IMG/VR virus record: IMGVR_UViG_3300033186_000014
Coordinates: 1-48,314 of that record
DNA: 48,314 nucleotides
Strand: one strand, 5' to 3'
From: a virus
Numbering within the stretch: the first letter of the stretch is position 1; each line of letters begins with the position of its first letter. The position numbers and the translations under genes are program-made. The notes under the pieces are model-generated. The model was not told the origin of the DNA and did not search any database. It saw nothing but the letters and a program-made list of their open reading frames with translations. This document shows, in pieces, positions 22,825-30,373 of this stretch.

Positions 22825-23115
22825 ATGAACAGAAGAACTTTTCTCAAAGGAACAATGACCCTTTTCGGCGCGACTATGCTGTCCACAACCGCGCTGTCAA
22901 ATCTATCCAGAAAAGCAGCATTGCCCACAATTAAAGCTGAATCTGTTGCGCACGCTTTTCAGTTTGGCGCTGTTGGCGACGGCGCTACTGACGATACAGC
23001 GGCGCTGCAAGCTTCTGTCAATTATGCCGCGACGGTGGGCGGTACTGTGAGAATTGGTGTGGGACGCTTTAAAACCTCAAAGATTATCATCCCTGACGGT
23101 GTTGTTCTTGGGTGA
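22825..23115 (+). pseudogene. Truncated Tat-signal pectate-lyase-fold (Pectate_lyase_3-like) gene fragment
   Basis: MNRRTFLKG twin-arginine signal, then FQFGAVGDGATDDTAALQASVNYAATVGGTVRIGVGRF, the usual first ~50 aa of a beta-helix domain. The ORF stops after 96 aa, 45 bp before xis. Confidence 0.5.
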
Positions 23116-23160
23116 TGGCGTTCATGACGACACTAAAAACCCACAGCAAGGAGGTGGATA

Positions 23161-23358
23161 ATGTCACAGATTAACAATGCCAAATCAAACGCGCCTTCTA
23201 TGGTGCGCGTCCAATCAGCGTTGCGACAACTAGGCATCGGCAAAACATCACTTTACCGAAAAGTCAAAAAAGGAAAATTTAGCATTGTGAAGCGTGGGAA
23301 TTGCTCATACGTCCCGCAAGCGGAAATTGACGCTTATTTGGACCCCAATGGAAAATAA
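23161..23358 (+). CDS. xis: Excisionase / AlpA-type HTH
   Basis: VRVQSALRQLGIGKTSLYRKVKKGKFSIVKRGNCSYVPQAEIDAYL. Strong SD GGAGG. Upstream of int. Confidence 0.75.
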   Translation: MSQINNAKSNAPSMVRVQSALRQLGIGKTSLYRKVKKGKFSIVKRGNCSYVPQAEIDAYLDPNGK

Positions 23359-23379
23359 ATGGTGGGCTGAATGGTGGGC
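23359..23379 (+). repeat. Tandem ATGGTGGGC x2 (12-bp period), putative recombinase or Xis binding sites, left
   Basis: ATGGTGGGCtgaATGGTGGGC. Confidence 0.6.
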
Positions 23380-23566
23380 CTCAGAATTCACTATTTTCAA
23401 AACCCAACAATCTCAATGTGATATGAGAAAAGTTGGTGCGGCCGAGACGCACCGACGAGCCGTTCCATGAAGGCCCTACAAGTTCCAAAAAGATCAATAA
23501 ACTTATTGATATAACAAAACTGTTGTTCCAACGCGTTCCAAGACGTACCATCCAATCCCATCAAAA

Positions 23567-23587
23567 ATGGTGGGCTAGATGGTGGGC
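23567..23587 (+). repeat. Tandem ATGGTGGGC x2 (12-bp period), right
   Basis: ATGGTGGGCtagATGGTGGGC, in the same orientation as 23359-23379. Confidence 0.6.
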
Positions 23588-23593
23588 TGAAGC

Positions 23594-24781
23594 ATGCATA
23601 AACTAAAACCACTACAGATAAAAAATGCCAAGCCAGGCAAGTTTTCAGATGGAGGGGGACTCTATTTTGTCAAAACCGCAATATCTGCAAAATGGATATA
23701 CCGCTTCACAATCGGCGGCAAACGCCGAGAAATGGGGCTTGGGTCCTTTCCTTCTGTGAGTTTGGCGGACGCGCGACTGGAAAGGGACAAATGGGCAAAA
23801 GAAGTTCGAGCCAACCGAGATCCGATTATTGAAAGAGAAAATCAGCGGCAGACTGCAATCGATGAATTGAATAAAACAGATCCAACCTTTTCCGAGCTGG
23901 CCGAAATGGTATTCGAGGCAAAAAAGCCAAGCCTCAGAGGAGACGGAAAGAGAGGAAGATGGTTTTCTCCAATCAAAGTTCACCTAATCCCCAAAATTGG
24001 AAAAAAGCGCGTCAGTCAAATTACTCAGATTGATATTGACAATGCACTGCGCCCAATCTGGAAGACAAAAGCAGCCACCGCCGAAAAGGCGTCACAACGA
24101 CTTCGGATCATATTCCAACAAGGCAAATTAATGGGGCTTGAGACGGACCCCTTTACAGTCGATGCTGCAGTTCACGGTTTGGGAGATCTAAAGCGCACAG
24201 TCAAGCATATCAGGGCAACAGATTGGCGAGATATACCCGCGCTGTACGAAAAACTGAATAAACCACTGGCAACCCACAGAGCTTTGAGGTTGATAATCCT
24301 GACAGCTGTCCGGGCAACCCCAGCAAGAACCGCAACGAAAAGCGAGTTTGCGGGAGATATCTGGACTGTTCCAGCAGACAAAATGAAAGGGAAGGAAGGA
24401 AAGGTAAAAGACTTTCGCATACCCCTTTCACAGCAAGCCCAAGACGAAATCGCCATATGGATAAGTGAGGCAGAGCAGGACTGTCTTTTTTCAAGCCGCC
24501 GAGGGAAACCAATTAGCGACAGATCAATCGAGTTGGCGCTTGATGATATTGGAGAAGCGGGACGCCCCCATGGACTGCGGTCATCATTCCGCACTTGGGT
24601 CCAAGACACAGAGGCAGGGTCTTATGACGTGGCCGAAACCCAGCTGGCTCATATCATTGGAAACAAAGTCGAGCGCTCCTATGCCAGATCAGACCTATTA
24701 GACCAGCGTCGAATCCTCATGCAGAGGTGGGCGGATTACGTGACCAGGGCCGAAACAAAAGTTATAAAATTGAGGCGGTAG
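23594..24781 (+). CDS. int: Tyrosine integrase, P4-like (DUF4102 N-terminal arm domain)
   Basis: LSDGGGLYF-type N-terminus (FSDGGGLYFVKTAISAKWIYRF..GKRREMGLGSFP). Catalytic pattern ..LTAVR.., HGLRSSFRTW, LAHIIGNKVERSY. Confidence 0.9.
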   Translation: MHKLKPLQIKNAKPGKFSDGGGLYFVKTAISAKWIYRFTIGGKRREMGLGSFPSVSLADARLERDKWAKEVRANRDPIIERENQRQTAIDELNKTDPTFSELAEMVFEAKKPSLRGDGKRGRWFSPIKVHLIPKIGKKRVSQITQIDIDNALRPIWKTKAATAEKASQRLRIIFQQGKLMGLETDPFTVDAAVHGLGDLKRTVKHIRATDWRDIPALYEKLNKPLATHRALRLIILTAVRATPARTATKSEFAGDIWTVPADKMKGKEGKVKDFRIPLSQQAQDEIAIWISEAEQDCLFSSRRGKPISDRSIELALDDIGEAGRPHGLRSSFRTWVQDTEAGSYDVAETQLAHIIGNKVERSYARSDLLDQRRILMQRWADYVTRAETKVIKLRR

Positions 24782-24785
24782 GCTA

Positions 24786-25115
24786 TTACTTTTTAAACGG
24801 GTAATTGCCCGAAGACGTCCACCGGACAAAGGCGGATGCGACAAACCATGTAGCAAAAGCTGCCGCACAAGACGCGGCCGCAACTTCTTCAAATGTTTCG
24901 GCTGACAACCCAAGCTTTGCAGCTACATATGACCCAAAAAGCAAGCCTCCGGCAATCGAGACAACGCCCCTTGCTGCAGCATCACGCTTGCCTTTTGGTT
25001 TCATCACCAAAAGAGAGGCCCCGGCCCCGACAAGAGCACCGATAATTTTAGCCCAAAACAATTTAATCGTCACGACGACGACGCTTGCGTTTGGCTCCAT
25101 CAGTTGTAGATCCAA
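24786..25115 (-). CDS. Three-TM small membrane protein, putative holin
   Basis: TMs LFWAKIIGALVGAGASLLV, GVVSIAGGLLFGSYVAAKL and VAAASCAAAFATWFVASAFV. Last gene of the lysis end of the late operon. Confidence 0.4.
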   Translation of the reverse strand: MDLQLMEPNASVVVVTIKLFWAKIIGALVGAGASLLVMKPKGKRDAAARGVVSIAGGLLFGSYVAAKLGLSAETFEEVAAASCAAAFATWFVASAFVRWTSSGNYPFKK

Positions 25116-25588
25116 GGAATGTCTGCTCTTTTCTTATGGAGAGAATGAGCAAGAGGACGAAGATAATTGCCAATGCGACCAAAAGCGTGACCATTTTTCT
25201 CAACCAGATTGAGAATCCGCTGCCCCCCGGCGAACAGGAAAACAAGGACGGTAACAAGCTCTAAGGCGAATTGATACAAAAGCGGGTTAGGAGAGCTATA
25301 AACCGTGCTAAATCCGTAAATGATGTTGATCAAAAGCATAGACAGGAAAAGCCGCTCAGCCAGCAATTCCCATCTGTACTTTGCTGTGCAATAAATCGTC
25401 GCTGCACAAAGTGCGTCACAAAATCCAGCAAAAACAACCGGATAAATCATGCCAAACCTGACATACAAAACGGTTGACAGATAGTTGATTGCGCACAACA
25501 CCACAACGAAAAAGGCCCGCCTGTCCCCGCGACAGGCTACCGCGCTAAGCACGGCAACCATTGCAATCGTTATGTGATACCAGGCCAT
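25100..25588 (-). CDS. Five-TM membrane protein with a basic C-terminal tail
   Basis: Hydrophobicity read from the translation. Overlap-coupled with both neighbours. Confidence 0.55.
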   Translation of the reverse strand: MAWYHITIAMVAVLSAVACRGDRRAFFVVVLCAINYLSTVLYVRFGMIYPVVFAGFCDALCAATIYCTAKYRWELLAERLFLSMLLINIIYGFSTVYSSPNPLLYQFALELVTVLVFLFAGGQRILNLVEKNGHAFGRIGNYLRPLAHSLHKKRADIPWIYN

Positions 25589-25920
25589 CAGCGGCCCCCG
25601 CTTTTCACCGTTGCTTCTGGCAAGTCTACGCCCGCCACAGTGGAAATGACACCAGTATCGCAGTCATTTGACTTGCAAACTGCTGTCTGCTCCGCATGGA
25701 TCTCCGCCGCAAATGCAGCAGCAGCGGCAATCATGCCAGTTAATTTCCGTGCATCATTGATCATCCGCTTGCCCTGAATGGCTTTGACCATGCCCAGCTC
25801 CACGCCACGTTCAACGACTGCCTCTAGTTCGAGGGAATTTGTCCGCGCCATCGTGAGCGATCCATCAATACCGCCTTGCGCTTTGACGCCAGTCTGCGCC
25901 ACATCTTGCTTTGTTTTCAT
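25588..25920 (-). CDS. Hypothetical protein (110 aa)
   Basis: Starts 2 nt after the o-spanin stop. Confidence 0.5.
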   Translation of the reverse strand: MKTKQDVAQTGVKAQGGIDGSLTMARTNSLELEAVVERGVELGMVKAIQGKRMINDARKLTGMIAAAAAFAAEIHAEQTAVCKSNDCDTGVISTVAGVDLPEATVKSGGR

Positions 25921-25921
25921 G

Positions 25922-26248
25922 TCAGTTCCCTTTCACTTCCTGCCCATGTCGGGCACATTCGGATTTCTTCCAAGCGCCAGAGCCGCAAAGCCCTGCTACA
26001 GTGTCGTCAATCTTGTCTTGGTCCTTGGCTGTTTTGCCCTTAGCACCGACAAGCGATGTTCCAACGATCTGCCTAGCGGACAGGTTCAACTTGTCTTTTT
26101 GTGCACTCGTTGTTTGCGAAGGACCACAGCCCACCAGAACCGACACACAAAGCACGCTCAAAACGAGCACGGTCAGCGTCGGACGCCAGTTCTTCCATGG
26201 CTTTGTTCGTTGCTTTCTCTGCTTTGAGAGTGGCTTCCAAAAATCCAT
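25922..26248 (-). CDS. o-spanin (outer-membrane lipoprotein), overlapped architecture
   Basis: TLTVLVLSVLCVSVLVGC lipobox (LVGC). It starts inside, and ends beyond, the i-spanin gene in another frame. The ATG 26248 start is uncertain. Confidence 0.6.
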   Translation of the reverse strand: MDFWKPLSKQRKQRTKPWKNWRPTLTVLVLSVLCVSVLVGCGPSQTTSAQKDKLNLSARQIVGTSLVGAKGKTAKDQDKIDDTVAGLCGSGAWKKSECARHGQEVKGN

Positions 26249-26348
26249 GCTGATAAGCCTCACGTTTTGCGTTAGTGTGATAGAGCAAAGCCCCGGCGAC
26301 AAGAATGGCAAGGGCAATCAATTTCCAGTTCCGAGCAAGAAAAATCAT
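26073..26348 (-). CDS. i-spanin (N-terminal TM, charged periplasmic helix)
   Basis: MIFLARNWKLIALAILVAGALLY TM. ATGA overlap with the endolysin stop. Confidence 0.6.
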   Translation of the reverse strand: MIFLARNWKLIALAILVAGALLYHTNAKREAYQHGFLEATLKAEKATNKAMEELASDADRARFERALCVGSGGLWSFANNECTKRQVEPVR

Positions 26349-27274
26349 ACTTCTACGACCTTCCCTTTTCTGCTATTCAATCGGCGGAAAATGACGTCTC
26401 TTTTTTGCCACACGAACCACCCGATGCCGCAAAGAGCCGCCAACACAACTGCACCAACAATCCAGTCGCCGGGCAAGTCTGCCCAGATCCCCCCGCCGCC
26501 CAAACCTGTCACAGCAGGGCCAACCTTTTTGACAACATTGCCAAACACATCTTTGACAGCGTCCGCATCGCGTCGAAGTTGAGCCAATGTGGCAGGCCCA
26601 AGAATGCCGTCATTGACTAAATGAGGGTGCGCTTTCTGGTATGCTAGAATAGCGGCTTGAGTTTTTGGGCCCATCCATCCGTCAATTGCCCCAGGATTAA
26701 AGCCGCGCTCCGTCAATAATTCTTGCGCTTCTTTTGTCACCGGATCCGGCTTTTTTGGTTTCGGCTGTTTATGACGAGCAACCCCTTCACCATGTTCAAC
26801 ACCCGTATAAACCCCATATTCTAAAAGCTTCGCCTCTTCTTTTCGGCGGCGAACCAAGCCGCGCAGTTTCCGCCCGCCAGCCGTGTTATAATGGGTTGCC
26901 AAATAGTCCGCCGACTCAGAAATTAGGCCAGACCGAAACAGCTTTGCCCATCTCCAGTTCAAAGATCTGGGGCCAAGGTTCCAGCAAACAGAAACGCCAC
27001 AATCAAATTCATGCGACTTTGCTCCCGGCATGCCTTTGATAACAGGAGGTTCATACTCTCGCTCAAGCATTTCCTGCATGATCCGATCAGATTGAGCTTT
27101 GGTAATCTTTGTTTTTCCCGGCACCAGCTTGCCAACCATTTCAGTCAAGACCCTAGATCGATTGGTAAAGCCTGTTCCGATTGTTGGAATGCCAACGGGA
27201 TCGAGATAGCAAGTCAGCGGATTCCCTTCATGAAGCCGCAGAAACTCCCTGCCCTTCTCTGTGGTTCTGGACAT
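26345..27274 (-). CDS. Endolysin: GH24 lysozyme plus PG_binding_1 plus C-terminal TM anchor
   Basis: LHEGNPLTCYLDPVGIPTIGTGF (E-D-T triad spacing). GFNPGAIDGWMGPKTQAAILAYQKAH. C-terminal WIVGAVVLAALCGIGWFVW followed by a basic tail. Confidence 0.85.
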   Translation of the reverse strand: MSRTTEKGREFLRLHEGNPLTCYLDPVGIPTIGTGFTNRSRVLTEMVGKLVPGKTKITKAQSDRIMQEMLEREYEPPVIKGMPGAKSHEFDCGVSVCWNLGPRSLNWRWAKLFRSGLISESADYLATHYNTAGGRKLRGLVRRRKEEAKLLEYGVYTGVEHGEGVARHKQPKPKKPDPVTKEAQELLTERGFNPGAIDGWMGPKTQAAILAYQKAHPHLVNDGILGPATLAQLRRDADAVKDVFGNVVKKVGPAVTGLGGGGIWADLPGDWIVGAVVLAALCGIGWFVWQKRDVIFRRLNSRKGKVVEV

Positions 27275-27287
27275 TGCATTTCTCCAT

Positions 27288-27310
27288 AAAAAAAGCCCCC
27301 GTCTGGGAGC
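27288..27310 (-). terminator. Intrinsic terminator between the tail fibre and endolysin genes
   Basis: Minus strand reads GCUCCC-agac-GGGGGC followed by U7. Confidence 0.6.
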
Positions 27311-27343
27311 GTGTTGCCTTCATATTGTTGATGGGCTGTGATC

Positions 27344-30304
27344 TCAGATTGACACAGCCGGACAATGGAAGATGATCAACTCATCCGCGCCCCGCCGGTT
27401 TTCGATATAGAGGGCATCCTCCCCGTCCGCCGGGCGGTAGGAGACAGAGATATTGCCATCCGTCCCAGTCGTACCCGTAAGAGCTGCCCCGACAATATCT
27501 ACCCCGTCGCCGCTGCCATTGTCGGTAAAGTTGGTGGCCCGGCCATAATGCAGCCAGCCGTTAAACAGATGTTCATCTCGACCACGGTTGTCTGTGTAGA
27601 GGTCCAGGATGGTTGTACCGCGGCGATAAGCGTCAATTATCACCGCCGTGTCATCCAGCAGGTAGACCGCATAACGATCACCCGGCAATTTATGGACCAC
27701 GTTAGCCCCAAAACTGAAATCACTATCGATGTCACGCATGTCTGCCTTGGGATAGGCGCTGTCGTTGATGAGGCTCACCTCGCCCGTGCAAATGGTTGGA
27801 GCCGCCAGAGTGGTGGCGGCGGTGCCCGAACGACGAAGCAGATTGAATTCCTGCTGATCATCCGGCTCATCGGTGACGACGATGCTTACGCCGCCATAGG
27901 ACAATGGCCCCAGATCGCCGCCGCCCTCGACGGAAATAAACGAGCGAGTGACCCCCACCGCATTTACATTTTTGATAGATGTCATCCTGCCCGATATCCT
28001 AGCCGCTGGGTCAATTCTGATAACATCCTGCAAATACTCATCGGTGGTGCTGCCCACTCGATAATTCTCTTGGACCCCGATTTCGGTCTGGCGATTGGTG
28101 TAGTGTAATCCGTCAAGATCGATGGACCCGCCACGGAAAAGATAGACCAATCTGTCCATCGCCCCGCTGCCGCGAGTCTCCTTGACGGCCTCGTAATCAC
28201 CTCTGAGGTTTAAGACGCAATGGGTGTTGGTCCCTGTCGGATTTTCATAGAGCGTGCCAAAACTTGCGCCGTGCGACCCTGTGACGGATTGGCGCGTCGG
28301 CCCTTCCGGCCAAAAGCTTTCGCCGTCATAAGCAACACCGCCGCCATCGCCGCTGATATTCTTGGTCTTGCAATCATAACAAGCGCCATCGGTGCCGATA
28401 AAATCAAGCGTCCGACGGCAAGCATGGCCAGTTATATTTTCCCAGACCATGCCAAAACAAGCTCGGACCGAAACGCCGTAACCCGTGCCATCGTCAACAT
28501 CGTAAGCCCGATTGCAGTCAATCGCTTTGATATTGCGGCCATATCCGCCAAAACACCATTTGGTCAAAATTCCGGTCTCGGAAAATCCGCGCACCGTCAG
28601 GCCTTCCAGTTCGAGAGAGTGAGCATGCTCGATCACCAAGCCGCGAAAGCCTAGGTCACCAGCAGTCGCATCCGTTGTGGTCCCCCGCTGAAACTCAAAG
28701 TCACCTTTGATCCGCACTCTTGTGGCCTTGACGATGTCGACCTCTACCTTACGGACAAGCGTAAAGGTGTCTCCGACCTGCAAGCCAGTCGGAAACGAGT
28801 TGTTGTCGGAGTGACATTCAAGACGTTGCGTTGTCGGGTCGAAATCCGTCACCTTCGCATCCTCATCAGCCGCTACCCCGCCGACCGTTGTGAAGTTGAT
28901 CTCATACCGGCCCTCGGAACGAGAAAGGCTCTCTAAGCCCGTGACTGTAATGTCAGTCGAAGAATTAACAGCGGCAATCGACCCGCTGACATTGCCGACA
29001 ATCGCGGTGCAAGGAATGTCGCGCTCTATCTGGGCTTGAGTGCCACTCATTATTTTGGCAGGCACCACAAAACCATGACGAGCTTGGCCCCGATGGTCCG
29101 TCTCAATCACATGAGAGGTGCGGCAAATCAGCAGCGTGCTATCGTCTATGTCAGCCGTGCTGCCCATATGGAGTGTTGAGCTTCCCGGAGAAATTGACTG
29201 CGTCAGAGCATCTGTGCGGATAATCGGAGTGCCTATCTTGACAAAATGGTCATCAAAATAGCCCGGCCCATTTGGCTCGATCTTGTTCGAGCGGATAATG
29301 ACCGGGCCACCAACGGCCTCCCAATCTACATTTACAACATCCTGCAGGATCTCGATTTCCGATAGCTCATAGACCCCTGAGGGCCATAAGATTTTTCGGG
29401 AGTTTGCCGCAGCCCAGCTAATCATGGTGAGGAGTTTTGTGGTTTCATCCACGCCACGTTCGATGCCCCAATGAGCGGGCCGCACATCACCGACAGGTGA
29501 CCAGGTTGACCCGTCTGCCGTAGTCAGCGCTGTACCCGCTGCGTCGCGGACAAACTCCAAAATTCTGCCATCGTCGAGGTATGACGCTGTATAGACAGCG
29601 GCTAGTATGTCCGCAGCCTCCGCAGCCGCACGGTTTGGATAAACACCATCGCCGTTCCCGCCAGCGCTAACGGCTGCTGCCTCTGCAGCAACTTGAGCAG
29701 CTTCGGCAACAATTGCAGCCGCTTCGGCGCGATATGTCGTATTCGTCGAAAACAGCAAGCGCAGCTCGTTTTCATGAGGCACAAGCAATGCAGTTTCGCC
29801 AGCCACAAGATCGCCCACAGCCAACACGCCGCCATCCGCTGCTGTGATCGCCTGCTCGCTTCCACCATTCAGACGAATGGTTACAGTCTCGCTTGTACTG
29901 GTCTCGCTTGGCACCAATACAAGCATGACGACATCTGAAGGATTAACACCGACAGCAGTATCAGCTGTAATCGCATTCGCAGTCCCCGACACATTTTCAA
30001 GCACGGCCAAACTGTCGGGGAAGCCTCTACACCAAGTCCAAGACGAGTTAGCCCAAGCATAATAACCGTTATTGGATGCTGTAGCGTCAGACAAAACAAT
30101 GCCAAGCGGATACTTCCCAGCCGCAGGCGTGATTGCGTCAAGTTCTGTCTTTGTGCTTACAACAACAGCCCCGTCGCTCACCGCCTTTTCAAGCAACCCT
30201 AAATATTGACGCTGTTGTGACTTGTCTAGATCCTTTACACCAGACCCTGGAACGCCTTCAGTGTTGAAGTCGCCCCAAGCGATTTCTTTTGTAATTATGG
30301 ACAT
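27344..30304 (-). CDS. Tail fibre/tailspike with a probable beta-helix depolymerase domain
   Basis: ATG 30304 lies 9 nt after GGAGA. 986 aa. HWGIERGVDETTKLLTMISWAAANSRKILWPSGVYELSE resembles a pectate-lyase-fold N-cap. It follows the J-like protein gene. Confidence 0.75.
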   Translation of the reverse strand: MSIITKEIAWGDFNTEGVPGSGVKDLDKSQQRQYLGLLEKAVSDGAVVVSTKTELDAITPAAGKYPLGIVLSDATASNNGYYAWANSSWTWCRGFPDSLAVLENVSGTANAITADTAVGVNPSDVVMLVLVPSETSTSETVTIRLNGGSEQAITAADGGVLAVGDLVAGETALLVPHENELRLLFSTNTTYRAEAAAIVAEAAQVAAEAAAVSAGGNGDGVYPNRAAAEAADILAAVYTASYLDDGRILEFVRDAAGTALTTADGSTWSPVGDVRPAHWGIERGVDETTKLLTMISWAAANSRKILWPSGVYELSEIEILQDVVNVDWEAVGGPVIIRSNKIEPNGPGYFDDHFVKIGTPIIRTDALTQSISPGSSTLHMGSTADIDDSTLLICRTSHVIETDHRGQARHGFVVPAKIMSGTQAQIERDIPCTAIVGNVSGSIAAVNSSTDITVTGLESLSRSEGRYEINFTTVGGVAADEDAKVTDFDPTTQRLECHSDNNSFPTGLQVGDTFTLVRKVEVDIVKATRVRIKGDFEFQRGTTTDATAGDLGFRGLVIEHAHSLELEGLTVRGFSETGILTKWCFGGYGRNIKAIDCNRAYDVDDGTGYGVSVRACFGMVWENITGHACRRTLDFIGTDGACYDCKTKNISGDGGGVAYDGESFWPEGPTRQSVTGSHGASFGTLYENPTGTNTHCVLNLRGDYEAVKETRGSGAMDRLVYLFRGGSIDLDGLHYTNRQTEIGVQENYRVGSTTDEYLQDVIRIDPAARISGRMTSIKNVNAVGVTRSFISVEGGGDLGPLSYGGVSIVVTDEPDDQQEFNLLRRSGTAATTLAAPTICTGEVSLINDSAYPKADMRDIDSDFSFGANVVHKLPGDRYAVYLLDDTAVIIDAYRRGTTILDLYTDNRGRDEHLFNGWLHYGRATNFTDNGSGDGVDIVGAALTGTTGTDGNISVSYRPADGEDALYIENRRGADELIIFHCPAVSI

Positions 30305-30324
30305 GTTTGTTGTCTCCAAGCACT

Positions 30325-30348
30325 AAAAAAGCCGCCATAAGGCAGCTT
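30325..30348 (-). terminator. Intrinsic terminator between the J-like and tail fibre genes
   Basis: Minus strand reads AAGCUGCC-uuau-GGCGGCUU (one G-U pair) followed by UUUUAGUG; the run of six T supplies the last two stem bases and the tract. Confidence 0.6.
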
Positions 30349-30373
30349 GGTTCTGGTCGGTTTTCTGGGTAAC

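Noticed and set aside
23436-23456. TGGTGCGGCCGAGACGCACC, which looked like the reverse complement of a tRNA 3-prime end (attP core)
   Set aside because: The sequence folds on itself as a simple 6-bp hairpin, and the loop is not T-loop-like. No full tRNA could be traced. It is kept only as a hint within the attP finding.
23525-23542. GTTC-N6-GTTC, resembling the alphaproteobacterial LexA box (GTTC-N7-GTTC); also GAAC-N7-GTTC at 10404-10418
   Set aside because: The spacing or orientation does not match the established direct-repeat N7 consensus, and neither site overlaps an antirepressor promoter.
24779-24788. Convergent int and late-operon stops only 4 bp apart
   Set aside because: Noted as a lack of terminator space, but not a feature in itself. 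It is mentioned under the tail-end cassette finding.
27365-28108. 247-aa plus-strand ORF
   Set aside because: Antisense to the tail fibre gene, with no SD or family signal.
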